Positions 1-11,200 of a stretch of DNA of 64,000 nt are shown one piece after another. The position numbers and the translations under genes were made by a program. Each line of letters opens with the position of its first letter. Positions within the stretch are counted from its first letter, which is position 1. Below the pieces are notes generated by a model. That model ran no database searches. It was given only the letters and a program-made list of their open reading frames with translations, and had not been told where the DNA came from. The stretch is taken from positions 186,001 to 250,000 of the forward strand of contig LSRY02000041.1 of NCBI GenBank assembly GCA_001643675.2, read 5' to 3'. The DNA comes from Monocercomonoides exilis PA203. Its lineage: Eukaryota; Protista; Preaxostyla.

Positions 1-1
1 T

Positions 2-1681
2 CTGTTTGATTTAGTTGTCGTTGCGAGTGTTTGGGTAGGCATTGCATTGCAGTTTGCTTTAAACGCACTGAAGAGGAAGGGATACTCAAAAGTCATTGAT
101 CTGATCGCAGCCATCTCGTTTGTTGTGTTCAAGGCAGTCATCAACATCATCATCTCCAGCTTAGTCGCCCAGACATTCCCCAAATCGCAGTCTGAGAAAG
201 TCAAGCGGACCATTCGCCGATCTGCCATCTTCCCGTTTATGATGGGCTTTCCTCTGAATACAATTGTGTCTGCACTGAATGCTGTCGCCTTCCGTTCCAT
301 CACAACACTCAACCCCGACGATCCAGCGTCTCCTGAAGACTTCTACATCTTCAGCTACCAGTGGTTTCGTAACTACGGCATCTCGATGTTCAAAAGCTGT
401 TTTCTGAACTGCATTTTGGACTTTGTCCTTCAGCTGGTGCCGATCGTTCCCACTCTCATCCGCAGCTGGACATGGATGCGCTTGCTAGTTTTGCCCTGCG
501 TGAAGAAGAAAGTTTCAAGCGTTGATGCCGAGGGATATGAAACATTGGGAGAGCAAGAGATGGCACCTGATCCATCACCAGAGCTGGCATCGTATTTGAA
601 GTCACTTGGTATTTCTTCTCCTTCACATCCTTCTCTCACAGCAGCCACCAAAAAAACTAAGCAGAAGCACCGAGCAATTGAGACAGGGCTTCCCCAACCC
701 ATTGTGAACAGCGCATTTGAAGCGCCTGAATGGCCTCTGGGCAGTAGGATGGCGAATGTGGTGGCATCAACGTGGATGATGTTCTTTGTGTTTGCACTTC
801 TACCCTTCAGCATCTTTGCCCTCCCACTCTATCTTCTGCTGACATACCTTGTAGAGAAGCTGAATCTGATGTACTTTTACAAAAGGCCGATGGACTACCA
901 CTCGTCTGTTGCCCAGCTCTTTCTGCACTACATCAAGTTCTCTCCATTTGTGTATGGCCTCACCACTTTCTTTGCTGCCTCTGTCGTCTTCCTCCACACA
1001 GCCCAGCTTCCAGAGCTTCTCAAAGGGAAGAAGCTGCTGCTGGTGCAGTACGAGCCACTTGTGCTGGCAGCATCGCAGCTGTTTTTCGTTCTGGCTGCTA
1101 TTTTTGTGACGTGTGTGAGCTCAATTGCGAAAAAAAGCAAGATGAAAAAGAAGTGGAAGAATGCAACACGAGAAATGGAGAGAGAAGAGAGGAAAAGATA
1201 TTTGTCGTACAAAGACAACATGGTTCTGCCTTTTTCTGTTATTGAGCCATTTGTTGAGACTTATTTGAGTGCACATCCACTTTATACACCAAACTCAGAA
1301 AGAAGAGAAAAGTGGGAGACAAAAATTGAAGACGAAAAGGCAACTGCAAATGAATGCAAATCATCTGCATCATCATCCTCTACATCATCATCATCATCTT
1401 CTTCTGATGCTGAAACATTCCCGATTAGCACAAAATCAAATCTCTATTTTGATGGGAGGATATCAGAAAATCCTTATTTCTTCTATTGGAGTGAAACCTC
1501 AAGTGAGCCAACAGAAAACATCAGAAAACATGTGATAACAGTTGAAGAGCTGTTCAATCTGAAAAAGAAGTCTTCTTCTTACTCAAAAGCTTCATTTTAC
1601 GAAGACGAAGTTAAAGAACAAAACAAAAATGGTAGTATATTTGAAGACGAAAAGGAAGAATTGGATGTTTATAAACGAGTG

Positions 1682-1746
<65 letters not shown>

Positions 1747-2524
1747 TTCCTCTTCTTCTTCACCAGACAAACAGCCAAATCTTCATTCATCAGAAGAATC
1801 AACTGAAACAGACGAACCAATAAAGATTCCATTGGATCAACCAGAGAACAATTTGACCAATCCAAATGCTTCTCCTCGTGTGCGCAATTATGACCATCTG
1901 CAAATATCATTTTCCTCTTTTGTTGATGAAGAATATCTAACAACATACAAAAAGATGAAAAAGGCCTTCACATCACCCATATTCCACCCTCTCTGTTTCT
2001 ACTACGAAAAATGTAGATACGACAAAAGAGATATTCTCAGAGAAATTGAGAGCGACACATCACTTGACTCAAACCAACAAGCAAAGCAGATGCTGCTGGA
2101 TGTGATTAAACCTGTCTATATGTCCACTTTCCCCATTCCACATGTCTTTGCTTTGGTGATATTGTTTCAGTCTGTCTTGTGCATAGCAATATTCACAGCA
2201 TCGTCTGTGCTGAGGGACAAACAGTCAGCAGACGTAGGCGTCATCATGGTTTGGATGCTCGCTGCATTCGTTTTGGCTGCAGTTGTGTATATTTTGCTTG
2301 ATAGAGGGGTTTTATTGTTTGGGAGGATTTATGAGAGGAAGTGGAGAAAGATGATGAATGAGAAGCAATTCAGACAGAAAGTGGAGGATATTGAAAGAGA
2401 AGAAATAGGCAAAGCATTGAATGAAGGAAGTGGGTATGCTCGAAAACAGATAAAATTGGATTTTGTCAAAAGTGAAGAACAGAAACGGATTTATCTGCTT
2501 CAACAATTAATATCAAAGGGATGA
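2..2524 (+). CDS. Multi-pass membrane protein, TMC/OSCA(TMEM63)/anoctamin-superfamily-like; 5' end lies outside the window
   Basis: Frame is open from base 2. Many hydrophobic helices; FEAPEWPLGSRMANVV...LPFSIFALPLYLLLTYLVEKLNLMYFYKRP resembles the TMC/RSN1_7TM pore region. A long Ser-rich loop precedes two C-terminal TM helices. Confidence 0.55.
1682..1746 (+). repeat. (TCA)n coding microsatellite (poly-Ser)
   Basis: Perfect TCA run in the reading frame of the first CDS. Confidence 0.95.
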
Positions 2525-3020
2525 AAAGAGGAAGCTGAAAAACAACAAAAGATTTTTAGTCTATGAAGCCAATCACATTATTATGAAATTTGAAACGTGT
2601 TGCGCTGAATTTTGTTATATTCAATTTGTATAGAATTTTATCTTTGAAAAGCAAAATTCTTGATTATTTTTTTTTTTTTCCAGACTAGAATGAATTTTAC
2701 TTTTGTATCCAATAACAGAGTTTTTATTTTGGCTTTCAAATATCTTTTTTGTTGATTCTTTTGAGATTTTTCAAATTAATTTTTCTTTGTAATGTTAAAA
2801 GTTATTGAGATTAAGTGCTATTTGTTTTCTGTATTTTTTAATAATATAAATTATTTATGGAAATTATTCTCTTATTAAAGAATAAACATTTTCCTCAACA
2901 TTTTTCACATTGCACTATGCACTATTAAGTAAAATTTAACATTGAATAAACTTATTTTCGATAAGTTTTCAGGAATAACAACACTCTCCTTGGATCATGC
3001 CCATTACAAACAAATATAAA

Positions 3021-6000
3021 ATGGTGTGAAAACAATGATATTCAATAATTTAAGCAATGATTATGTTTAGGCAGCATTCGAAGAATTGGGAGTGATGCCA
3101 GAAATTATTAAAGTATGTTGCATTTTCTTGTTTATCTTTTTTTAAAATTGGTATTTCAGGCCTGTAATTCACTGAATTGGCTGTATGCTTGATAAACATT
3201 GCAATTAATCATTAATAAATAATTTTATTCCTTAAAGGTTACCAAAGCCAGTTCAGGCTGAGGCTATTCCCCTCATTTTAGGAGGTGGGGACGTCTGTAT
3301 TGTGTGATAAAGTCTAATTATCTTTTAAGCAGTCTTTTCTCTTTCTTTATAATTTTTTTTAAATCCAAACAGTCAGCAGAAACAGGATCTGGAAAAACAG
3401 GAGTATGAAAAAGATATATTAGTGAGAATCAAAATTCTTTAACTTTTTGTATTTGAAAAGGCTTTCGCCCTTCCTTTAATTCAAATAGTTTTTGAAGAAA
3501 AGTACACCAAAACTACATCGAATGAGTCACGATCAGGTACTCTATTTGAAATATTTTTATCTTTGAACTTGATTTTCCCCCTGAATTTCTATTTATTTTG
3601 CTTAAATAGTGAAAGACTTCGATAATGTAATAATAAGTGGAGCAGCAAGTGATCCAACACTTAAAATAGATCCAAGTGGGCTTCATGTTCAATCGGATAG
3701 GCCAAGTTGGGTAGGTGGAAAAGCCGGTATTGGAGTTAGAAATGGGAGATATTATTATGAAGCGAAAGTTGAAGGAACAGGAATTGCACGAATTGGATGG
3801 GCAACAGCAGCTGCATCACTTGATTTGGGAACTGACAGACAAGGTTTCTATTTTATTAGCTTTATTTAAATTATTTATTTTGAATTTATACATAACCTTT
3901 TTTCACATTTTTTTAAATGAATAATCTATGTATCATTTATAATCATATCATTTTTTGAAAACAATTAATTATCAAACACAACTTAGGCTTTGGATTTGGC
4001 GGAACCGGAAAATACGCATTTGGAAGGGAATTCAACAACTACGGCGAACCATTTGGGGATGGCGATGTGATAGGCTGTTATTTGAATGCGGAGGAAGGCG
4101 AGCTGTTCTTCTCCAAGAACGGGAAGACGTTTCCACCTCAGATGCTTCCACCGAATCTGAAAGGGCAGCTACTCTTCCCAGCCTTCTGCATCAAAGCGTG
4201 TTCTCTTTCGTTCTGCTTCGGTGATGATGAAGGCGCTGAGGACGAGGCAACATCGAGCGCACCACGAAATGTGGGAGAAGATGCTGAAGAGGCAGATTCA
4301 AATGCTAATTCTCTGTTTCAGTTCAAACCAGCTCCAACAACAAAAGGCGATCCGTTCTTGCCAATCGCTTCCTGCCCTGCTTCATCTTCCTCTTTGTTCA
4401 TTTCAGGAGGTATGCAATTCACATCCTTTAACAATTTTTTTCATTCATTTTTCTTTCATCTTTTTTTTATCTTTTTTAATCATAAACTTCTGTTTTACTC
4501 AATTTGACTATGATTGAAATGTACAATTCATCCAATCCATTTAGCCTCTACAGCGAGCACAGACAGCTCCTCAGCCTGCTCTCCCCTCATCTTCGTGCTG
4601 GAGCCAGTCAGAGAGCTTGCTGAGCAGACGATGACTGTGATGAAGCAGCTGTCGTCGTATCTGCCAGCACCAGGCCTCAAAGTGGCGATGCTGACAGGAG
4701 GAGTGCCAGCAAGAGAGGCGTTGGATGCTGTTGCCTCACATCCAGACATTCTGATATCAACACCCGGAAAGGCGCTGGAGCTTGTGAACAGCGGGCAGAT
4801 CTCGTTTGGGTCCATCAAGGAGTTTGTGATTGACGAGGCAGACAGAATTCTGGGCGATGCGAAGGACACGACTGGATATACACTCTTCAATGCTGCCAAG
4901 AAGAGCTCGTGTCTGGGGCAGCCGATGCAGACGATTCTGGTGTCAGCCACACTCCACACAGAAGAGATGAAGAAGGCCATTGAGACGATGCTGTCGTTCC
5001 CAACATGGGCTGATCTGAAGGGGAGCAAGTCTGTTCCAGAGGTTTGGAGTGGTTAATGAGCTTGTTAATCGAATATTGAAAATTGAATATGTAAATGCCA
5101 AAAAAAAAATATAGTGATTGAGATTTGGATTTTGCTGTTTTGATGAGATTGAATAAATTGCAATGATAATTTTTCACTGAATATTTTAAAAAATATTTTT
5201 ATTCCTCAATCATTCAATCATTCCTTCTTTCTGATAAATGATGAAATTACCCTTTTCTGTTTAGTGTGTGCACCATGTGTTGGTCAGAATTGATCCAAAC
5301 GAACATTTCAAACAGCCTCCATTTACACCCATCCAAACAGATGGCATTTTTGATATTGGTGTGTTTAAAAATTGACTTCTCCATTGAACATCAAAATTAT
5401 TTCAATTTTCATGACATTTCATTCTTTTTCTTCTTCGTTCCAACATCCACTCACTACCATTATCACCCAAATGCATTCAATACCCTTCAGATCGCTCCAC
5501 ATCCAAAGAGGCTGTGATGTCGCAGGCAATCAAAGTGCGCAAGGCGTATGTGCTGAAAGATGTGTTGGACACAGTAAAACCTGAACAGGCCCTGATCTTC
5601 TGCCGCACAAAACTCGACTGCGACAACTTAGAGCAATTCTTCAATCAGTTTCAGAAAAGCAAAGTGGTGGAGAATAACTATTCGTGTGCTGTTCTGCATG
5701 CTGATCGGTCTCCACAAGAGGCTTGTGAAAATGAACGTGATTGATTTTTTATGAGTTTAAAATGGATAAATAAAAGGATAATGCTTATGAGAAATAGAAA
5801 TTCATTGGAAGTATTATTCAAAAGAAATCTCGTGAAATAAACATAATTCGTTTTTCTTTTTCTTTTTTCCCCAATGCCATTGCATGCTCTTAACAAATCA
5901 TTACTCATTCTCCTTGCCTACTCATTTTTTTATTCTCTTTTTCTTTTTCTTTTTCTTTTTCTTTTTCTTTTTCTTTCTCTTTCTCTTTCTCTTTCTCTTT

Positions 6001-7224
6001 TTCTTTTTCTTTTTCTTTTTCTTTCTCTTTCTCTTTCTCTTTCTCTTTTCTTTTCTTTTCTTTTCTTTTCTTTCTTTCTTTCTTTCTTTTCTTTTTTCTT
6101 TTCTTTTCTTTTCTTTCTTTCTCTTTCTCTTTCTCTTTCTCTTTTTCTTTTTTCTTTTTCTTTTTCTTTCTTTCTTTCTCTTTTTCTTTTTCTTTTTTCT
6201 TTTTTCTTTTTTCTTTTTCTTTTTCTTTCTCTTTCTCTTTCTCTTTTCTTTTCTTTTCTTTTTCTTTTCTTTTTCTTTCTCTTTCTCTTTCTCTTTTTCT
6301 TTTTCTTTTCTTTTTTCTTTTTCTTTTCTTTTCTTTTCTTTTCTTTTTTCTTTTTCTTTTTCTTTTTCTTTTTCTTTTTCTTTTTCTTTTTCTTTTTCTT
6401 TTCTTTTCTTTCTTTCTTCAGCGTCGTGAAAACCTTGATTCATTCAAGAAGGGAGAAGTGAAGTATTTGATATGCACAGATGTTGCTGCTCGTGGAATAG
6501 ATGTACAACAGCTGCCGTGTTGCATAAGTCTGCTGAGAATTGCTTTCTTCTATCTTTAATTCTCATTCTTTGCATTATGCATTTTTTATTTTATTTATGT
6601 TTGATTTTTATTCCTATTTAATTCTCTTCCTCTCACTTGAGATTATACTCTTCCTGATGTTGTTGAGAATTACATCCATCGGACAGGGCGTGTTGGGAGG
6701 CAGGACAGATGGGGATTGGCTATTTCATTGGTTGCAACAGAGAAAGAGAAAGTGTGGTATCATGGCTGTCCTTCGAGGGGAAAGAAATGCAAAGACACAA
6801 GACTCGTCTCTGAAGGAGGTTGCAACATATGGTATGTTTATATATGTATCTGTGATTTTGTAACAATGATACCTTTATTGATCTTCATTCTTTTCTCACT
6901 TTCTTTCTTTCTTTCTTTCTTTTTTTAATTTGAAAAAATAAATGCACAAAATATTTATGATTTCTTATTACATATTATAATTATTAAAGGTATGATGAAC
7001 CTTCTCTGCTCACAGCAATAACAGAACGTCTTGATGGTACACCAATTGTTCCACTGGCTGAGCATCTTAAGAAAAGAGGGAAGGTTGTGTATGGCTCAGA
7101 TCGTGCCATGCGCTCTGGAATGTCGCATTCTTCTGCAATTGCTTCGTCTGTTAATTATCTGAAGGAACTGGAGAAAGATGTACAAAAATCATACATTTCT
7201 TTTTTGATGGAATATGACAGTTAA
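3021..7224 (+). CDS. DDX1: ATP-dependent DEAD-box RNA helicase DDX1 (SPRY insertion), 14 exons
   Basis: Spliced exons 3021-3023, 3071-3112, 3160-3182, 3238-3301, 3373-3402, 3461-3536, 3610-3843, 3987-4409, 4545-5041, 5265-5358, 5491-5720, 6422-6527, 6642-6831, 6990-7224 give [14 protein letters not shown]...[27 protein letters not shown] (GRYYYEAKV...GFGFGGTGK), [24 protein letters not shown] and the DDX1-specific EKEKVWYH...GGCNIWYDE; TAA stop. Confidence 0.96.
5935..6420 (+). repeat. ~480-bp (TTTTTC/TCTTTC)n pure pyrimidine tract in a DDX1 intron
   Basis: C/T-only run ending just before the CAG acceptor at 6421. Confidence 0.95.
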
Positions 7225-7580
7225 TCATTTGTAACTCATTTTAAAGGATGCTTATCAAATATTCAATGAATGCTTTCTTATATTTGTGAATGCTATCACT
7301 CACTTCATTATTAATAAAAACCAATGTGATTCATTTTTTTGGAAAATGAGTTATAAAAGAGTTGATTTATTCCAAGACTCTTCAATAAAACTTATTCAAA
7401 CACTTGATTGCGAAAAAAAATTCTTTAAACAAATGTTAAAGATTTTTTCACATAAAAATTCAAAAAGACAAAGTTTAAAATATGTTATCAAAGCTTCAAA
7501 TCGTGTTTTAATAAACTTTTTCAAACTATTATTTACTCTTTGAAATTATCACATTTTTTTAGATCATATATATAAATATA

Positions 7581-8029
7581 CAGTCTAGACCGGATATAAT
7601 CACGTCGAATATAATCACATTCGCCTATAGTCACATTTTTCCATACACCGACATTTTTTGCTTGTTTTTCATTCATTTTGCATCGCATATAATCACAGGA
7701 AAAAATTATATATTCACATTTTTCATAATAATGTGTGACTTTTTAAATGAAAAATCGATTTTTTGATCAAAAATTTCTATTTTTTGATTTTTCAAAAATG
7801 TGCTTAAATAAGTCAAAATAATGTGTATTTATGATCAAAATTGTTCAAGCAAGTGAAAAATGCGTTTTTAAGAAGAATTTTCAAAAATTAAAAAATCGAC
7901 CCAAAATTAATTAATTAATTAATTAATATTTATTTTTTTCTGTGTAAAGCATCATCGTGTATAATCACAATCGGATATAGTCACAAAAAGTTGTGCAAAA
8001 ACCGATGTGATTATATCCGGTTTAGACTG
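7581..8029. mobile_element. Tc1/mariner (pogo/Tigger-like) MITE, 449 bp, family P
   Basis: 27-bp TIRs CAGTCTAGACCGGATATAATCACGTCG / CAGTCTAAACCGGATATAATCACATCG (2 mismatches); TA on both sides; internal subterminal repeats of the TATAATCAC motif; no ORF. Confidence 0.9.
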
Positions 8030-8224
8030 TATATTTTTTTTTTGAGAAAAACAAATTGTTAACTGGAGAACTTTCAATTCATTTTACTATTTTGGCTTAT
8101 TATTATTTTTATTTACACTTTTAATTTAAGTTATTTCGCCGGTGTTTTCTTTGCCTTACTCCATATTTAAACTGATAATCTTTTATTTATTGTTGAGCGA
8201 GACTTTTGGTTGAACACAGAAGAT

Positions 8225-11200
8225 ATGAAATTCATAATGTGTTTTGAAATGCTGGTCTGTTTATGTGCCACAGAGGACTGCAAGAATATTATCAGTCGAG
8301 AATCTTCTCGATGGAAGCAATCAAATATTAATGAATATTGCTTAGCTGAGGTTTGTGACTCTGTTGCTTGCTTTGAAAATCATAACTTTTTTCCTCATTA
8401 TTTTTTATTGTGTGGGTTATGCTAGCAGAGCTCGGTGTCTGCATCTTTCTCTTTGTTAAATGCTTCGGCGCAAATATGTTTCGCAACACTTGTGGTTGCA
8501 GGAAAAGAGATACTATTCAGGATCAGTCCAAATTCTTTTGTTAGTTTTTCGTCTTGCACGGTGGACGTTATGCTCAAGACAGATGACTTACCGATATTCA
8601 GATTTGATGGAAATGTTCAGCTGTGCAATGTTTCTTTCAACCTTCATAGGCACATTAAGCAGTTTCCACTTTTGGCTTCTCCACTTTCACACGATCATTT
8701 GATGTTGTTTAATGAGCTTTCCATTGTGTCGTCCATTTTTGCGAATTTTGTTCATTTGTCTGTACCGTTTTTGCCTCCATCGATTGCACACGTTTCTGTT
8801 GAGGATACGACCTTCAGAAACTTGTCGTCATCAGCACTGCATTCACGGCAGGCGCTTTGTGCATTTTCACAGGCATGCTCTTTCGAGAGCTGTTTGTTTG
8901 GATGTGTGTTTGATGCGTTTGATGGGGGAATTACACAGTCGATCAATTCTGAACACATGCCAAGGCTTCGTTTTCTCAACAATTCATTTTCACTGTGCAG
9001 GCGTTCTTCCAATATCGATATCATTGGATCAGAAGGAAATCCCCAAAGACCATCCAGACAGAGTTCTCTAGGCTCTGGGATAAACATATTTGCTTGGTGT
9101 GAATGGACAAACTCGGATGGAGATCCAGGTGGTGCAATTTCAGTAAAATTGAGCGCAACTCAGTTGGATGTTTCTTTTTGTTTGTTTAACGGATGCCATG
9201 CAAGTCAATACGGAGGGGCTATATATGCAAATGGTAATTCATTCGTAAAAATTACAAATTGTTCGTTTATCAAATGTGAGGCAACTTCATATGATGGAGG
9301 AGGATTGTATATTTATCAAACAAAAGATTATTGTCTTGCTTCTGATTGTTTTTTTCATGAATGTAAATCTTCATACAGCGGAGGAGGGCTACTGCTTAGA
9401 TTGTTTGGTTCAAATTCTTTTCATGGTGAAGATGAACATGGTGAATTCACTGTTATAAACAATTGCTCACTTATTGTTTGCACTGCCACAGAAAGAACAG
9501 GCGGAGGACTAAGCTTTCGCGTTGCATCAAATTTTTATGCAGTTGCCAAAAGTTGCAGTTTTTATAAATGCACAACTACTTATCAAGGGGGTGGATTGTC
9601 ACTAGAACTCTATGATGTTAAAGATGAATCACATAAAATTTGTTCATTCTTTTTATTTCAAAAGTGTTCTTGTACTTTTCTGGATTCTCTGGGACATGAC
9701 GTATACATTATTGATCCACGTCAAATAGTTACAGAAACTCCTTTCTTTTTGTCATACACAACAAATCCATCTGAGCAAAGTGTGCACCATAATTCGAGTA
9801 TAAGTTCATATGAAAAGGATTGGCTTCTTGATGGATTGAGACTTTTTGTGTCATCTGGAGGGTTACTGGAGGAGTATTGCGGATTGCAAAGACCTTCAGC
9901 TTGCAAATCAATTGACTACACACTGAATGCACGTCTTAGTGGTGTTATTTCGTGCGAATTAGTCTTGCTGGCAAGCTCATTTGACCCACAGGATATAGAA
10001 GCATTAAACAGAGATATTGTTGTCTCTGGAGAAGACAAGAGGAACACAATTTTATCCACCACATCTGCATCAGGATCAGCACTGTTCAGTGCAGCGAATG
10101 GCCATTTGGAAGCAAGAACATTTTCGATTGAGCATTCAAATGAGAGAAGAGATGTTTCGTTGTTTGCAGTTTCCAGAGGGGGTGTTCTTGATATAAGTGA
10201 AATTTTGATTGCACCATCAGCAGATCACACATTATCCACTCCTTTCACTGCATCGCTGCTTGTTTCTAGAACAGGAGGGATTGCCACGCTTTCAGGCATT
10301 TCTGTTGAAGGGTTCTTCCTTTCTGGAGTTTCGGTATTTTCGTTTGATTCGTCAGCAGTGTCCGAAAATGAGGATCAGAGACTGACACTGGATGCCTGTA
10401 CCTTTTGTGAAGTCAAACGAAGTGGAGGAGAAGGGGGAGGGGTGATTGGGTGGGAGATGGGCCAACAAGACATCTTAGCAATCAACAACTGCACATTTAG
10501 GGATTGTGAAACAGGAAATGGGAGTGGAGGAGCAATCAACATCGAAGCAAGCGCGACGAGCGAGATGAGAATCGGAAATGAATCAATCACTTTGTTTGAA
10601 AGTTGTTTGGCAACAGAAGAATTGGCTACAAAAGGGAAAGGAGGAGGTATATTTCTTTGCGTTGGTTCGGAATCTACTGGAATATTGCTGAAAGAGCTGA
10701 ACTTTGTGAACTGCCGTGCTTGCAAAGGAAGCAAGTTTTTTATGGATGTTCCGGACATTCGCACAGCACTGGCGAGTAATTTCCTGCAGTTCGAGATACC
10801 ACAGGGGGAGCAGTCAGAAGAGGAGTTTATGGGATTTGAGGGAGGAAATCGCGATTACCCGATTCCTTTGTGGTTTTATCTGGTGGATGCGACTTCGCTG
10901 GTTTATGTTGGCGGAGCCAACAGCTTTGACTTTGATGTGTGCGGATATCGCAACTATCCGTGCTGCACGATCGCGTTTGCAACATCAAAGCGATCAGACT
11001 TTGTGAAGCAGACTTTTGTGCTGAAATGCGGGTTTCGATGGAAGGAATATCTGGTTTTGAAGGATGCTGAATGGCACATATATTGCGAAGCTGCATCGAC
11101 AGAAATAGAAATTGGAGTGGAAAAGACAAAGGAGAGCAGCAGTTTGGTGACAACAATGGCGAAGACGTTGATGAGCAATATTTCGTTTGTTATTCCATCG

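Noticed and set aside
5874-6461. Phe/Leu-rich and Lys/Glu-rich ORFs (also 31432-31828, 41362-41547, and the poly-His/poly-Met ORFs at 1611-1946)
   Set aside because: They are stop-free artefacts of simple repeats in introns, intergenic DNA or alternative frames.
7581-8029. CRISPR-like array suggested by repeated TATAATCAC motifs
   Set aside because: The repeats are short, irregularly spaced and lie within TA-flanked TIRs, i.e. MITE subterminal repeats; no cas genes and the context is eukaryotic.
8423-8425. TAG as a nonsense mutation in the receptor gene
   Set aside because: It is better explained as the acceptor of an in-frame intron starting GTTTGT at 8351.
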